From contig MU056313.1 of NCBI GenBank assembly GCA_013239625.1, positions 2,527,786-2,591,785 on the forward strand: 64,000 bases of DNA, read 5' to 3'. Origin of the DNA: Lama guanicoe. Lineage: Eukaryota. The notes under the pieces were generated by a model. That model was not told where the DNA came from. It was given only the letters and a program-made list of their open reading frames with translations, and did no database searches. A program made the translations under genes and the position numbers. This document shows, in pieces, positions 14,359 to 27,755 of the stretch (positions within the stretch are counted from its first letter, which is position 1; every line of letters begins with the position of its first letter).

Positions 14359-16681
14359 ACATATATTTTCCCAAGATTTTTCAGTCCTGCCTCCACTCCA
14401 GGCAAAAATGGATCCTTCTGCGTCATTACTAGGCAATTTCCTACAGGCCTCTTTAGAACCATGATTAATTATGTTGTGATGACTGCTTATGTGGCTCTTT
14501 TCCCTGATGCGAATCCCTTAGAGGAAGCAACGGGTCTGTTATCTCCGAAGTCTAGTCCAGTGCCTACACATGAACATTTGATCAATAAACAAACAAATGC
14601 ATAAAGGAATGATACCCCAAAGGCTCTTGCCGGACATTTAAGAACCTCCACCAGATGGATCCACCCATCCTATCCAATGTTTCCTTCCAAGAACCTTAAC
14701 AAGAATGATTTTAAACTGGTCTCTTCATGCTCAGTCTCTCTCCTGTTACTCCAACCATCATCCAAGCTCCCACTGCCTCTTCTTTTACCTTCCGTCATAC
14801 AAGATGTTTTTTCTACAAACGTTAGCAGTTTTGCTATTAGCCTGCGAAGCCAAATTCTCTCTTCTCTGCCAAAATCAAATATTTTCCTCACGATGTGCAA
14901 AACATTCAGGTATTCTATCCTGACTATTTCCCATTCCTGTGATTTTTCTCTTTTCAGAATTGCCTTTAACTTTTGAAACCTCTTAACACTGATTCGACCC
15001 GTGTATTACCCGTAAGTGATTTTACATAAGCACATCTTGTCTTCTCAAGTCAGGGAATGTCATTTCTTGCTCCATTTTTATCTGTCATTACCCAATGCTA
15101 GACACATGGAAGTTTATTAAATAAATGAATAAGTGAGAAGCTGGTAGAATCAGAATGGCTACTTAGTGGTGAAACTAACACAATATTATCCAAAATATTT
15201 CTAGTAGGAATAATAAATCAGTATCTCCATTATCATTAAGTATGATATATGGACAGGGAATTTTGGAGGAACTAGGCAAATTCTCCTCTGCTAAGACAAC
15301 TGATATATAACTGACCTTTGCCATGTGTAAGTATTTTCAGGGGATATGATGCAACATACCTAGATTCAAGACTATGTGATTGTTCCATGATTGGATTTTG
15401 CTGGCTTGAGAGCTCCACATTTGCTCCTTTAGCACACAGGCTTCCAAGTGTGCAGATTTCATCTGCACTCCTGGGTCCAGCTCGCAGCGTACGTGTACTG
15501 CCGCCTTCACTCAGATCTCTGGCAGACAGCCACACCGTTTCCATCCAAACCTTCTCATCTGGAATGAGCAGATCCATCTTCTTTGCCAGAATAGGCTTTA
15601 GCCCTAAACCAGGCTAGGGCAGCTGTTTGCCAAACTCGGAGATGACGCTTGATTCTAACGATCAATATGGAGCAGAGCCACTGAGGAGAAAATGACAGAA
15701 TGGAAAACAATGATGCTCACTTTCCAGAGAAACTGCCATGATGTATTGTTAAAGCATCTATCTAGTTGGTTCTGGCCTCTGGGGCTTCAGTAAAACTCAT
15801 TCTCCTTTCCATCCTTTTTACGTTTGTAGAAAGAATGCAAACAGAACATTTACTCTGACAAAAGCTTCTTTTAGTGCAAAGTTAAGTTAGAAACCTTGAA
15901 ATTAAGGAAATTTTAAACCTTTTTTAATGTGAATAGAAAGAAGAATGGAAAGAAAATGGAAAAGAACGCTTTACAATTCTCATTTCTTAATTATTCACTG
16001 GTTCCCTCTACATGATAAGCTTTCAAAATCTCAAAATTTAAACTGATTATCTGGCCCAAACTGGTCAAATCTCATTCTCAGGTTGCTTTAACCTGGGATA
16101 AAAAGAAGGTCACAGTTACAGGCAGAGGACAACACTGTTTCTGTCACCACAGTTCTGTAGCAACTCCATCCCTGTCCTCCTCAGGAGTATTTCACATGGA
16201 CTCCACTGTGCCGTCTTTCGTGGTCCAGTTCCTAGAATTGTTTACACCAAAAATGGCAGCCTATGCCAGTGTAACGTGATGAAGTCAAAATCACCAATGC
16301 CCAGAGAAGCTGCCATCGCTCCTGTCTATGCCCACTGGAGTCACTGATCCTGGTAACAGGCCCTAGGAGAGTGGGCAATAAAGCTACACCAAGTCTGCCA
16401 TTTGCTCCCTCCCAGAAGCAATGATATTGCTGCTAATGTCTACCAATGTTCCTGGGCCACCAAGTCCCAGTAGCTAACCATGCCCAGTGTTGAGGGTGCT
16501 GTTGGCTAAGGAAGTTGCCCTCTGAAGCTACTAGTTTGCCGGCACTAGTGTAGCTGGCAGTATGTGTGCTTAAATCACATCAATACTTTCATGAGACCAC
16601 TCTCACTCATTCTTATAACTTCTTGCCTTAGGGCTTTGGAACACTTTGATATGGCTGACATAGAACAATAACTACTGGGTA

Positions 16682-16737
16682 TCTCTCTCTCTCTCTCCCT
16701 CTCTCACACACTCACACACACACACACACAAACACAC
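16682..16737. repeat. Compound (TC)n(CA)n microsatellite
   Basis: Read directly. Confidence 0.95.
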
Positions 16738-18639
16738 CCCCCAGACCATGGACTGGCACCAACCTCTCAGTATTTATCTAGCCTCTTATTCTCTCTTCCT
16801 GTAGGATCAATGTCTTCAGAAGGGCTTACTCATGTAACTACTCTTCATTTAAAAATCCACTGAGCACCCAGTAGGTACACAATCCCTTCACACATGCCCA
16901 GATAATCTTGACTTCCAGGGCCTGCCTGCTGCAAATACATGTTTTCTTTTATTGAGAGTATTTACTTCAAAGACAATAAGAAATGGTCTTATCTCTGTTC
17001 ATGCCAAGTGGTGGACAAACCTAGAAGTTCAAAATGCGAGTTGCAGAAAGCATAGGTTATCTGCTAATGTGGCTACCTCGTTACTTAATTTTTCTGTGTT
17101 TTCTTTTGTAATGTCTCTGGAAGTAGCCTCATGATCATCTTTAGATCAGTTAAAATCTGCCCTAATTCTGGGAGAGCCCATCCAAACCTGAACAGAAGAT
17201 GGTAGAGACACTTAATAAAAGTAGTTCCAAGTTCCTGACAATTCATTTAAAACTGCAGTAATCAATTAAAGTTGAATTTCATAACTGGATATCACAATGC
17301 AAGGATCTGAGGACTCGGACAATTCTGAGATAAAGAGAGCTTTTCTAACTCGAGGGGCCCAGTGAAAGATCCGTAAGAAGGGTCTGGATGCCCTGGTGGC
17401 CACTTCTCTGGCCTCATCACAGCTGGATGGCCAGGCAATATTAAAGCCCCAGACAGACTAATTCTGTGTCTTCTATTTTAAACTGCTTTGTAAAATGAAA
17501 TCAACGTGCCTGTAATTCTAGGAATGCCTGTTAAGCCTCCCACCAACCTCTCAAGTCAATCACCGTCTCATCCACCTTCAAAAAATATTTAGCTAAAAGG
17601 CTATCTTGCTTCCAATAAGGCCCTGTGTTATTTAAAAGTACACTGTAAGCTGGGGATGGGGAGGCTAAATTTAACCCATGAGAGAGTGAGAGAGAGAGAA
17701 CACAGCATTTTTCTAGAACAAAGGGGCACATCTCCACCAAATAGATGAACATGTAGCACACGAATGGCAGGTGGTCTGTACAGTAGTTTCTCTGTGATAC
17801 CCACAGATGCAATTTTTTTTCTTTTTCATCTTGGCTTCTTTTAAACATCATGCTGCCAGGTAAATGTACAATTCATTATTTATGTTTCCCTTGCAGACTA
17901 GCATAATGCTCAAACTATTTCACTGATATTTTTAGGCAGCACCCTATCTCAAGAAATACATAATCAACTAACATTTTTCAATATTTGACACATCTCAGAA
18001 TAACTTTTAAATCACTTCACAGTTTAATTTTCAGGAAGTTTGTAATTAATCTGAGGTACGTCAATTTGCTAGTTGAAGAATGGAACTTAAGGAACTGCAA
18101 ATCAAAGGATTCAGCTGTCATATTAACAGAGCTGGCTTCAACTCATCTCACACCATCAGACCATGAGCCCGTCTAAAGTATGCAGGTCCCTAGTTATAGG
18201 GAAATTAGATAAGAACGTATGTACAAAACAGCAAAATCTCCTAACAGTTGGTAGAAGACTCCCCAAAGCCCATGACCTGTTGAAAGGCACTCATTTTTGC
18301 ACCTAAAGGAATGTATAATTTAAATCTACCTCTTCCAATTTTCTGAGAGTACAGATGGCCCCAAGAACATCAGTACCTTTCACTATCCCAAGAATTGAAA
18401 AGACACACCAACTGGATGTACCCGATTGATTTTCAGGCAATCAGCTCCAAGAAGATACCTCTCTTTAGCCGTAGGAATTCAGAAAACCTTCAGAGAAGAC
18501 TACAAACTCCTGCTGAGTATCACAGTGCTGAGTTTATCCAAAGCTTGAAAGACCTCCAGTTGCCTCGCTGAGCATCTTTTGTAAGCTGAATGATTACACG
18601 TCAGTTATGGATCCAATCCCGTCCATGATTCAAGGTAAC

Positions 18640-18868
18640 TTTTTTGTGTGGTAAGAACACTTAATATGAGATCTATTCCCCTCAACAAATGTTTAAGTGT
18701 CCGGTACGGTCCTGCCAACTATAGACACAGTGCTGGACAGCAGATCTCTAGAACTTACTTATCTTGCGTAACTGAAATTTTACACCTGTTGAACAGCAGC
18801 TCCTCATTTCCTCCTCCACCCAGGCCCTTGTTTCTGTTTCTATGAGTTTCTACGAGTTTGACGATTTT
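18640..18868 (-). mobile_element. L1MA-type 3' end fragment
   Basis: TTTTTGTGTGGTAAGAACACTTAATATGAGATCTA...CAGCAGATCTCTAGAACTTA...AACTGAAATTTTACACCTGTTGAACAGCA. Confidence 0.8.
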
Positions 18869-19159
18869 AGAGCAGAGGGAAGAAAAGGCACAGAATCCCC
18901 CACCCTTAGAGTAACTCCACCCAACTAAGACGTGTGGACCAAAGGCTTTCAAAAATCAACTGGGAACCACGGAGAGGAAGGGGTGGGGTGAGAGGCCAAG
19001 AGTGGGGAAGAAGCTCTCCACATGACAGTAAAAAGGTAAAGACTAAGTGCCCCTCCCAACCAGCACCAGCATCTCTCGCTTGGACAATCATACTAGTTTC
19101 TTAACTCGTCTCCGTCCTTTCACTATAACCCATGCTCCTCCACACAGTAGCCTGAGTAA

Positions 19160-20230
19160 TTTTTTTTTCCACTGTGGTAAAACACATGTAATGCTATGGA
19201 CTGAATCCTGTCCACCTCCGCCACAAGAATTTGTATGTTGACACTCTAACCCCTAATGTGACAGTATCTGGAGTAAGGAAGTAATTAAGGTTAAACGAGA
19301 TCATAAGGCTGGGATCCTAATCCGATAGGATTAGCGTTCTTGCAGGAGGAAACACCGAGAGCCGGCTCACCCTCTCCAGGTGCACTGAGGAGAGGCCAGG
19401 TGAGCGCACAGCAAGGTGGCCGTCTGCACCCCAAGGGGAGAGCACCAGACGGCAACCCTGCTGGGACCTTGATTTTTAATTCCCCAGCCTCCAGGATTCT
19501 GAGGGAATTAACCTCTGCTGTTTAAGCCACCTAGTCTGTGGTAGTCTGTTACGGCGGCCCGAGCTAACACACAGAGCATAAAACTTATCACTTTAACCAC
19601 TTGAAAGTGTGCAGTTCACTGGCATTAACTGCGTTTGCAGTGCTGTACAACCGTCACCACCATCTAGTTCCAGAATCTTTTCATCACCCGGAAAGGAAAT
19701 CTGCCCCCATTAAGTGGTCACTCCTGTTTCCCACACTCTCCAGCTCCAGCAATAACTAACCTGCTTTCGGTCTGTATGGACTTGCCTATTCTGAGTATTT
19801 AAATGAACGGAATCATACAAACATGGCCTTTTGTGTCTGGCTCCCTTCATTTGGCGTTAACAGTCTCAGGTTTGTCCCTATTGCAGAACATACCAGTCCT
19901 ACCTTCCTTCTTATGGCTGAATAATATTCTGTTTTATGAATATCCCACGTTTTGTTTATTCATTCATTCACTGATGGGCTTTTGGGCTGTTTCCACCTTT
20001 TGCCTATTTAAATAGTGCTGCCATGGACATCCATGTGTAAGGTTTTGTTCAAACACCTCTTTTCAGTTATATGCCTAGGAACAGATCACTGGGTCAGACG
20101 GTAACTCTGGGAAGTAACTTACTGAGAAACAGTCAAAGTGTTTTCCACAACAGCTGCACCATTTTACACTCCCACCAGCAAAGGGTGAGGCTTCCGATTT
20201 CTCCACATCCTGCCAACACTTCTTATTTTA
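19160..20230 (-). mobile_element. L1MB-like 3' fragment, interrupted by the MLT1A-like LTR
   Basis: TGTGGTAAAACACATGTAA | CATAAAACTTATCACTTTAACC...CAGCTGCACCATTTTACACTCCCACCAGCAA...TTTCTCCACATCCTGCCAACACT. Confidence 0.85.
19192..19572 (+). mobile_element. MaLR solo LTR (MLT1A-like) nested in L1
   Basis: TGCTATGGACTGAAT...CTAACCCCTAATGTGACAGTATCTGGAG...TTTAAGCCACCTAGTCTGTGGTAGTCTGTTACGGCGGCCCGAGCTAACACA. Confidence 0.85.
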
Positions 20231-21376
20231 GAATAATATTTTAAAATATAAATCTGATCATATCACTCCCCTGTTTAAAATAAAAACTAGACTCTGTGCC
20301 ATGGTCTGCAAGTTCCAGCGCTATCTGGAGCCTGCCTGCTGCTTCATCCGCATCTCCTCTCTTGCTCTCCCCTGCTCTCTCCCAGCTCTGAGCTACAGCC
20401 ACACTGGTCTCCTTTTATCCCTTGAAAATGCAAAGGACCTTTACACCTGCTGTTCCCCAGACCTCATGGCTGCTCCCTCCCAGCAAAGATCTCTGTTCAA
20501 ACGGCCCTGGTCAGGAGGACCTTCCCAGAGAACCCGAGGGAAAGAAGTCCCACAGGCTCCCATATACATTTAGTACTTGCTGTCTCGTGACCCTGTCCTT
20601 CACAACTTGCAGGGCTTTCTGCTTCCACTGTCTCCTCCCACTAGAATGTGTTTCATTAGAGCAGGGCCTTGGTCTGTCGTGTTCATGTTCACCACTGTGT
20701 CCCCAATAACGGGAATGGTGCCTGGTACAGAATAAACATTCAAGCAATATTTGTTGAATAAATTATTAACAAATAATTAATGAATTTCAGGCCCAAGAAG
20801 CATCATGGTCAAAAACTCATAAACACTAAGCAGTTCAGTGAGTTCTGTCGAGGACAAGAAGTTGGATGTGGTTGGAGACAGGGTCTGGTCAGAATAGCGC
20901 TGAGGACAGGGGTCTGCTTTGAGGCAGAGCTTTGAGGCCTTGTGGGCTAAGCTAAGGAGTTTGATGTTTACCCTGGATGTGAAGGGGAGGGTGGGGGGGC
21001 GGGGCTGAGGAACTTTTAACAGAGAAAATACATCAATCCCACTTGCATCTTAGCGGTGCACCTTAGCAGGCACCCTGCTGAGGTGGTGAAACCATGGACG
21101 AGGGAAGCAACGAGGACAGTTTGCTCATCATCCCCGGAAGGCTCTGTAGGAGCCTGAAGTGAAGGAGCGGCCTTGGAGACAAGCACTTAGAAACAGGAGC
21201 CGCTAAGTGCTGAAGTCACCCTCCAGACTGGTGAGCGGAGGGGAAGACAACACTCAGGTCTGAGCCTTGCGTAACAATCCCGGCGGGGCTTTTCACCAGA
21301 ACCCAGGGGAGGGGCAGGAAAGAAGCAAAAGAGCTGAATCTGGGACAAGCTGAGCCTGAGTTTCTCAGAGAGAAAA

Positions 21377-21631
21377 TTTTTCTATTGAAGTACTGTCAGT
21401 TTACAACGTGGTGTTAATTTCTGGCGTACAGCATAGTGATTCAGTTATATAAATATATATAGATACACACACACACATACATACACACACTCTTTTTCAT
21501 ATTCTTTTTCATTACAGGCTATTACAAGATATTGAATATAGTTCCCTGTGCTCTACAGTAGGTCCTCGTTTATCTATTTTACATATAGTAGTTGGTATCC
21601 ACAAATCCCAAACTCCCAATTTATCCCTCCA
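21377..21631 (-). mobile_element. Younger L1 3' end (camelid/cetartiodactyl type) with internal (TA)n/(CA)n
   Basis: ATTGAAGTACTGTCAGTTTACAACGTGGTGTTAATTTCTGGCGTACAGCATAGTGATTCAG...GATATTGAATATAGTTCCCTGTGCT...AATCCCAAACTCCCAATTTATCCCTCC. Confidence 0.85.
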
Positions 21632-23169
21632 CAGACACTTCAATATATGGATCTTGCATCCAGTTTAAAAAAAAGTAATAATAGGATATATATTTGATTA
21701 GGGGAGAGAAGCCTTAATTTTTAAGTAGAAAAAGCCATGAGTTTTAATAAAACCACCCAATGAGATTCCAGAACATGGGATGAGCCTGGGAATCACTGAC
21801 ATTTAAGAGGCAATTAATTATCAAAGGGGCCTTCCTAAGGAACTAAGAAGAAATATTCAGTGATATATGTCAGAGAAAACCAGAAGATTCTGGTATGGCA
21901 GGATGCAAGAGATGCACGATTCTAACAGCGTGGCTAGGCCCAGAGCCTTCTCTGGGTTTGGTTTTAATTTGTACCATGAACGTCCAATTCTATGTCTAAA
22001 ACTTAGTGGTCTCATCATTCTGGGGGAAGAGCGTTTGTCTGTTCCTTGCAGATGGCTGTCCTGTGGAGAGAAGACCTTCCTTCCAGCCACTACCATTTGG
22101 CCAGGACTTGGAACCTAAAATGCTCACTTCCTTCCCAGTGTCACCAGGAAACTGGCGAAAACAGGGCAGAAGATTTAACCTTCCTCCAGGGCAGAATGTC
22201 TCCCACACAAGAAGAGGCTGAGCCCATTATTCTAAAATAGGAATAACATTTTCCAAATAATATAAACATGGACTATATAAAGTAATTACTCATTAGTAAT
22301 TATCCCATTTTTCATCTTAAATTTTAAAGACTTTAAAAAAAAAAAAAAAAGAAAACGAGAGGCCACTAAGCTGACTATATATGGAACCCAGTTCTCTCCT
22401 GACTAAACTGGCGTGTTGAGCACAGAACACACACGTTTTATTTATTAGGACAGCAGCCATGGCGCCCAGCGTCGAAGCAGGTGGAAATGCTCAGGGAGAT
22501 GGCCAAGACGTCTGTGAGAGATTAAATTCTAGCATTATTGCTTCGCTTCAAACCTTCTGAGTGACTAAACCCAGGCCAGGCGTTCAGCCGTCCACATCTA
22601 AAGCTCCCTGTACATTTCCCCAGGGTTTCCACTCACTCCGTCCTCATCTGAAATGTTTTTTATAGCGATGATAAACTGACTCCAAACAGAAAAGTCCCAA
22701 AACACATGGTCTCTGTTACCAAAGAATGGGTCCTGATGTGTTTCCGTGATAACTACACACCCTGGCTTTTCTGATTGCTGGGGAGGGTCATTAAAAACAG
22801 GAAGGTATGTCCAGAGAGAATCTGAGAGCAGTTAACCCTAGCAAGTAAAACAGCATTCACCTGAAGCATAGGTCTCTGATTTCCCAAGACGCATTTCGGC
22901 AGGAATTTCGAGGATCCTGACCACAGCATTAGCAGGCTGCGGTGGGTGAAATCGACTTCAACTTTCTGAGGAGACCTTTTCCACTGTGATGTGTGACTCC
23001 ACCTTGGTCCCCAGGGAAGATGAAGTAGCAGTGTGAATTGAACTGCTGGCTCTTCAAAGACCTCAAACCATTGCACTAGACAGTCTACAGAGCTGTTAGA
23101 AGTGCTCGGGGGTCAATAAGCCTTAGCAAATGTGCATAAAGAGGCAACATGAAACAGAGGAATCAAGAG

Positions 23170-23370
23170 GTGGCAGAAAGGGGCAGATCTAGGTTTGATT
23201 CCAGCTCTGCCACTTACCAGCTATAGGATCTTGGACAGATTCCTTATCTTACTATCCCTATATCCTTGGGTAATAACATCTATTCTGCAGGACTGTAGAA
23301 ACAATTAGCATATTAATAGCTTAATAATTAGCATGCTTAGCACAATGCCTGACACACCATAGTAGCTCTT
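23170..23370 (+). mobile_element. MIR SINE
   Basis: GGTTTGATTCCAGCTCTGCCACTTACCAGCT...GCTTAGCACAATGCCTGACAC. Confidence 0.7.
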
Positions 23371-24699
23371 CTGACTAAGTTCACTTTAGCAGAATCAGAA
23401 ACAGGTAAGTGGCCCACAAAGAAAGAAGCATCTTTCTCAACCTGCCAGTGGCAAGAAGCAGCATGTCCTCATTCAGTTTCAAGTCCACCCAGAAGGCAAT
23501 CCAGTGAGGAAGGAAATGCTCTAGCTAAGCTGCTTCCATAGGAAAACATTAAAATCTCCCCTCCTTTGACCAATGTCTCTCTCTCTCTGACTCTGCAATT
23601 TGCCAAGGCACTAGCACTAAAACGGCAGCCATCGGCGGGAACAGAAGCTGGTGCCCACGAGAGGCCCCTCTCTGCTGCGCAGACCACAATGCTCATGCTT
23701 CCAGCATACTAATGACTCCCTTGATTGTCATTACTTAATTCAGTACAAACGGTGGGAAAACTCAGTGACATTTCAGAGGGGAATACCAAATGAACTTGAG
23801 CTGAACCATCGCGTCGTCCCAAGGAGCGTGACGACGTGGGAATGAAACAATGTAGGCTCCTGCCAGCACTGAGGGCAGAAACAAAGCGTGGAATTCAGGG
23901 TGGCTAATTCCCCAGAAGAGATTTCACAAGGGCCCAAATCCTCCAAAGCATGAAAATCACACGGGCTCTTACCAAAGAGGAAGTCAGATACAATGCATGG
24001 AAGGGCTTGGGAACACTGGCTGGCTGCCCGGGCCCTTGGATAAGTTGGCTGGTGCAGCCAAACCAGAGGTACACGCAAATGCAGCAAGAGCAAGCCGAGG
24101 TTGGGGAGATGAAGCTGTAAACGGCGGGCATAACAGCAACTGTCACGGAAGGTGCTTCTTGGTAGGACTACTGTGGGAGAAAGCATTGAGAAGGAAGGAT
24201 GAGCTTCCCCGATCCAACCAACTCCAATCAAGACCCAAACCTGTTTCTACCCATCAATAATTCCTGACCACCTCCTCACCTCCTCAGTGCCCGTACGGGA
24301 CGGCAGTTGTGGCAAACTCCAAAGAAATACAACCCCTGCCCTGGGAGAGCCTACTGTCTGGCCAGGAATGCAAAAATAGCTCTCATAAAAAAGTCACCCT
24401 TGCAAGATTACATGCCTCTGAAAATCCAGATCCATGCCTTGTTTAACTCCAGCACCCATCACACTGCGAGGAGTGTGGTTAAACTGGAGAATAGTTAAGT
24501 TCAAAATTGAGATATATTAACAAGAAATAAGAGTTAAGTAGATTTAAGTTTGACGTAGATACTGGTGGGCAATCTAGTCTTCCCAGAAAAATGTGGAAAG
24601 AGGGTGGGATGTGATAGAGGAAAGAGAATATTCCAGAATGAACCACACATATGAAGACATAGTATAAGAAATTATAATCCTATATGTTGATTTGAATTA

Positions 24700-24850
24700 C
24701 TTGTTCTTAATGTGTGGTCCACAGACCACGCATAATGGATTTTGGACCCAGAAGCTTAATTCAGATCTCTTGAGAGTGGAGCCCAGGAATTTGCATCTCT
24801 AATAAGCACTTAGGCTGTTTTAATGCTCATTAAAACCCAGAACCAGTGGC
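24700..24850. mobile_element. MER5A-like hAT DNA transposon
   Basis: GTGTGGTCCACAGACCA...GTGGAGCCCAGGAATTTGCATCTCTAATAAGC...AGAACCAGTG. Confidence 0.65.
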
Positions 24851-25934
24851 TAAGGGATCTGAGACTTAAGCAAACACATACTCTTCCTTTAAAAACAGAA
24901 ATGAAGGAAAGTCAGGAAGGAAAAAGTGAGGAAAGAAGAAAGGAAAGAAGAAAAAAATTTTTTAAGTATAGAAAACATCTTGGGAAGGGGAGTCAGAGCC
25001 CCCGGCAGGCGCCAGGGTGTCTGTGTGTGATCAGGAGGCCACGTGTGAACAGCATCCACGGCACGTGTCAGATGATGAAAGCCCTTCATTGACAGAAGTT
25101 GGCTCTGTCTGAGGGCAATGGCGTGCTATTGTAGGTTCCTGACCAACAGACTAACCGGACTTCAATCCAGCAGTAGTCTGTGAGGTAGAGGGCATGGGAG
25201 GGATTTTTGGCAGGGAGGCAGTCTCAGAACACTTGCCACCATCAAAAGATGAAGCCACTGTGTGCCTGAAACCAGCAGGTAGAATGTTGAATGACGAGAC
25301 CTAGATAGTCTAGCATGATGCTAACGCACATCGAGGGGAACTCCATCCGCTCTCAGCAAGAAAGCGTCGGCCGTCTTCAAAACCTCCACTTCCACCTCTC
25401 GTGTCGATGTCCTGGCGCTGCTGCATCCACATCCTCCTTGGCTCTTCAGCATCGTCTTCCCTCTGACTTCAGCACACATCACTATGCTTCCCATCTTTTC
25501 AAAAAAGTTCTTTCTCTTGACCTGCCCTCCTCGGCTGACTTCCCTTTCCTTTCATTAACAAATTCCTTCAGAAGATAGTCTATCTTCACCTCTCCTCCCA
25601 TTATTCTTCAAACCACAGCAGTCTGCTCGTCCTCACCATTTCTGACTCTGACCTAAGACCCAGAATGGCACAATTACCAAATCTAATTGGCACCTACTGT
25701 TCCTTCACCTCCCAGTGATATCTGCCTTCTCTCCTTCAATTTTTCTCCACACTTGTCTTCCATGACACCACTTTCAAGGTTTTCTTTAGACGTTTTGTAA
25801 GAGGAAGGCCATCTTCTCTGATCATCCTATTCTCCTGCCCCTTAAAGGCTGCTGTTTCTGTCATTCCTCAGAGCATAATCATTAATCATCTTTTCTTGCC
25901 CTGAGTATCTGATCTCCTTGGGTGATTTCATCTG

Positions 25935-26460
25935 GTATTTGTTACTATTTCTATGTCACAAATTATTTTAAAATTAGAAGCTTAAAACAGCCATTTAATT
26001 GTGCTCACAGATTCTGTGGATCAACAGAACGGAAAGGGTGCAGTGGGGATGACTCCCTCTACTCGACAATGTCTGAAGCCTGAGCTGAGAGGACTCGGGA
26101 GCTTGAGTGACTTCCGTGCTGGGGACTGGAAGGAGGAGTCTTTACTCACAGGTCTGGTGTCTGGTCTGGGGCTACCAGTAGTAGTACTGACATGTGACCT
26201 TTCCATGCAGCTGGGGCTTCCTTACAACATGACACCTCGGAGCTTTTACACGGGAGTTGAAGAATTCAAGCACAGGTATCAAGATCAACAAGGTAACAGT
26301 TACACCGCCTTTTCTGACCTAGCCTCAGAATCACCCAATGTCACTTCGACCACATTTTACTGGTAACATAACAGTCACATATCTACACAAGTTCAAGAGG
26401 ATTCCACCTCTTGAAATGAGAAATGTCAAAGAATTTTCAACCATTTTTTAAAAAACCTCT
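25935..26460 (-). mobile_element. MaLR solo LTR (MLT1G/H-like) within L2
   Basis: GCTTAAAACAGCCATTTAATTGTGCTCACAGATTCTGTGGATCA...CCTTTTCTGACCTAGCCTCAGAA...TCCACCTCTTGA. Confidence 0.7.
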
Positions 26461-26579
26461 AACACTCAGCTACAGATTCTACTATAGCACCAACATATCT
26501 GTCTCAAGTCCAGATCTCTAGATTAATATAGTCAGTTGCTCTAAATTTATATGCATCCAATTGCTTACTACACTACGAC

Positions 26580-27755
26580 CAGTAATAATAATAATAGCAA
26601 AGGATAATATGCGCATAGCACGTGCCAGACACAGTTCTAACAATTTTGTACTTACTAACTCGTGTAAACCTCACAATCACTCCAGGAGGCAAGTACCATT
26701 ATTATCATTTTAACAAAAATGTTAAATGATTTGCCTGAGCTCACACAGCAAGTGCAATGGAACTGGGACACCACTCAGGCAGTCTGGCTCCAAACTGTAG
26801 TCTTTCAACCAGTACACTAAACAGCACAGATATTCTCCAGGTATTGCAATTCCAGCAGGACCAGAACTGTGCTTTAATCCTCCGTTTCCTCATTAAAACA
26901 AAAATGCCTTTCTGTACTTCTTATATATTTTATCCTTGTCAGTAATTCTACTATTCATGTAATACCCAGTGAAGAAGTCTGGGAGCCATCCAAACCTCCT
27001 AAAGTCTCCCTAATCCCCCATGTGAGGTGTGTCCCCAGATTGTGTCAATTAACCTTCTTAAGGATTCCCACGGCTGCCACTCCTCTCAAGCCCCACTGCC
27101 CAAATCAACATCTTCCCCTGGATTATTGCAGTAATTTTTAACTGGATTCCTTGCTTCCTGTCTCCTGTAATCGTGGTTCATCCTCCCACCTCCCCGAACG
27201 ATGCTTATAAAATGCAAATGTGAGTATTACACATGTTGCTCAAAATTCATCCAAGGCTCCAGAGAAGGGTATATTGGTGCAACATGTAAATGCCCTCTGA
27301 TGTGGCTTCTAATTGCTATGACCCTTGTCTCCTGTCCCTGCCTAATGGGCCAAGGTCTGTCCTTACCAAATCACCTGCTGTTTCGTAATTTGCCATCTGT
27401 TTCTTGCCTCCCTGCCACCGCACATTCTATACAGTTCCTTCCACCTTGAACGTCCTCCTTCCTGTTCCCTTTCCAGTTCCTGATCACCTGGAAAACTCTT
27501 ACCTATCAAGATGTAGCCCTAACGTCCCTTCCTCTGGAAACTTTCATTGATACTTTCCCCAAGGAGAGTTGATTACTTATTCACTGTACAAAATCTTGTC
27601 CCAGCACTCAACACATGATGTGATCACACTTTCCATCTCCATCTCTATTTTCTTACTGGCTCCTAGAGGAAAGTAAGTTGGTCTTATTCACCTTTGCAAT
27701 CCCAGTGCTCGGTGTGTCACAGATGCTCAATAAATGTTTGTTGAATGAATGAATA
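26580..27755. mobile_element. MIR (-) followed by L2 3' region (+)
   Basis: GTTAAATGATTTGCCTGAGCTCACACAGC; L2 terminus GCTCAATAAATGTTTGTTGAATGAATGAAT. Confidence 0.7.

Larger units (their letters stand above)
19070..20765 (+). mobile_element. L2 3' region, split by the L1/LTR insertion
   Basis: CTCCACACAGTAGCCTGAGTAAT | TTTTAAAATATAAATCTGATCATATCACTCCCCTG...GTGCCTGGTACAGAATAAACATTCAAGCAATATTTGTTGAATAAAT. Confidence 0.75.
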
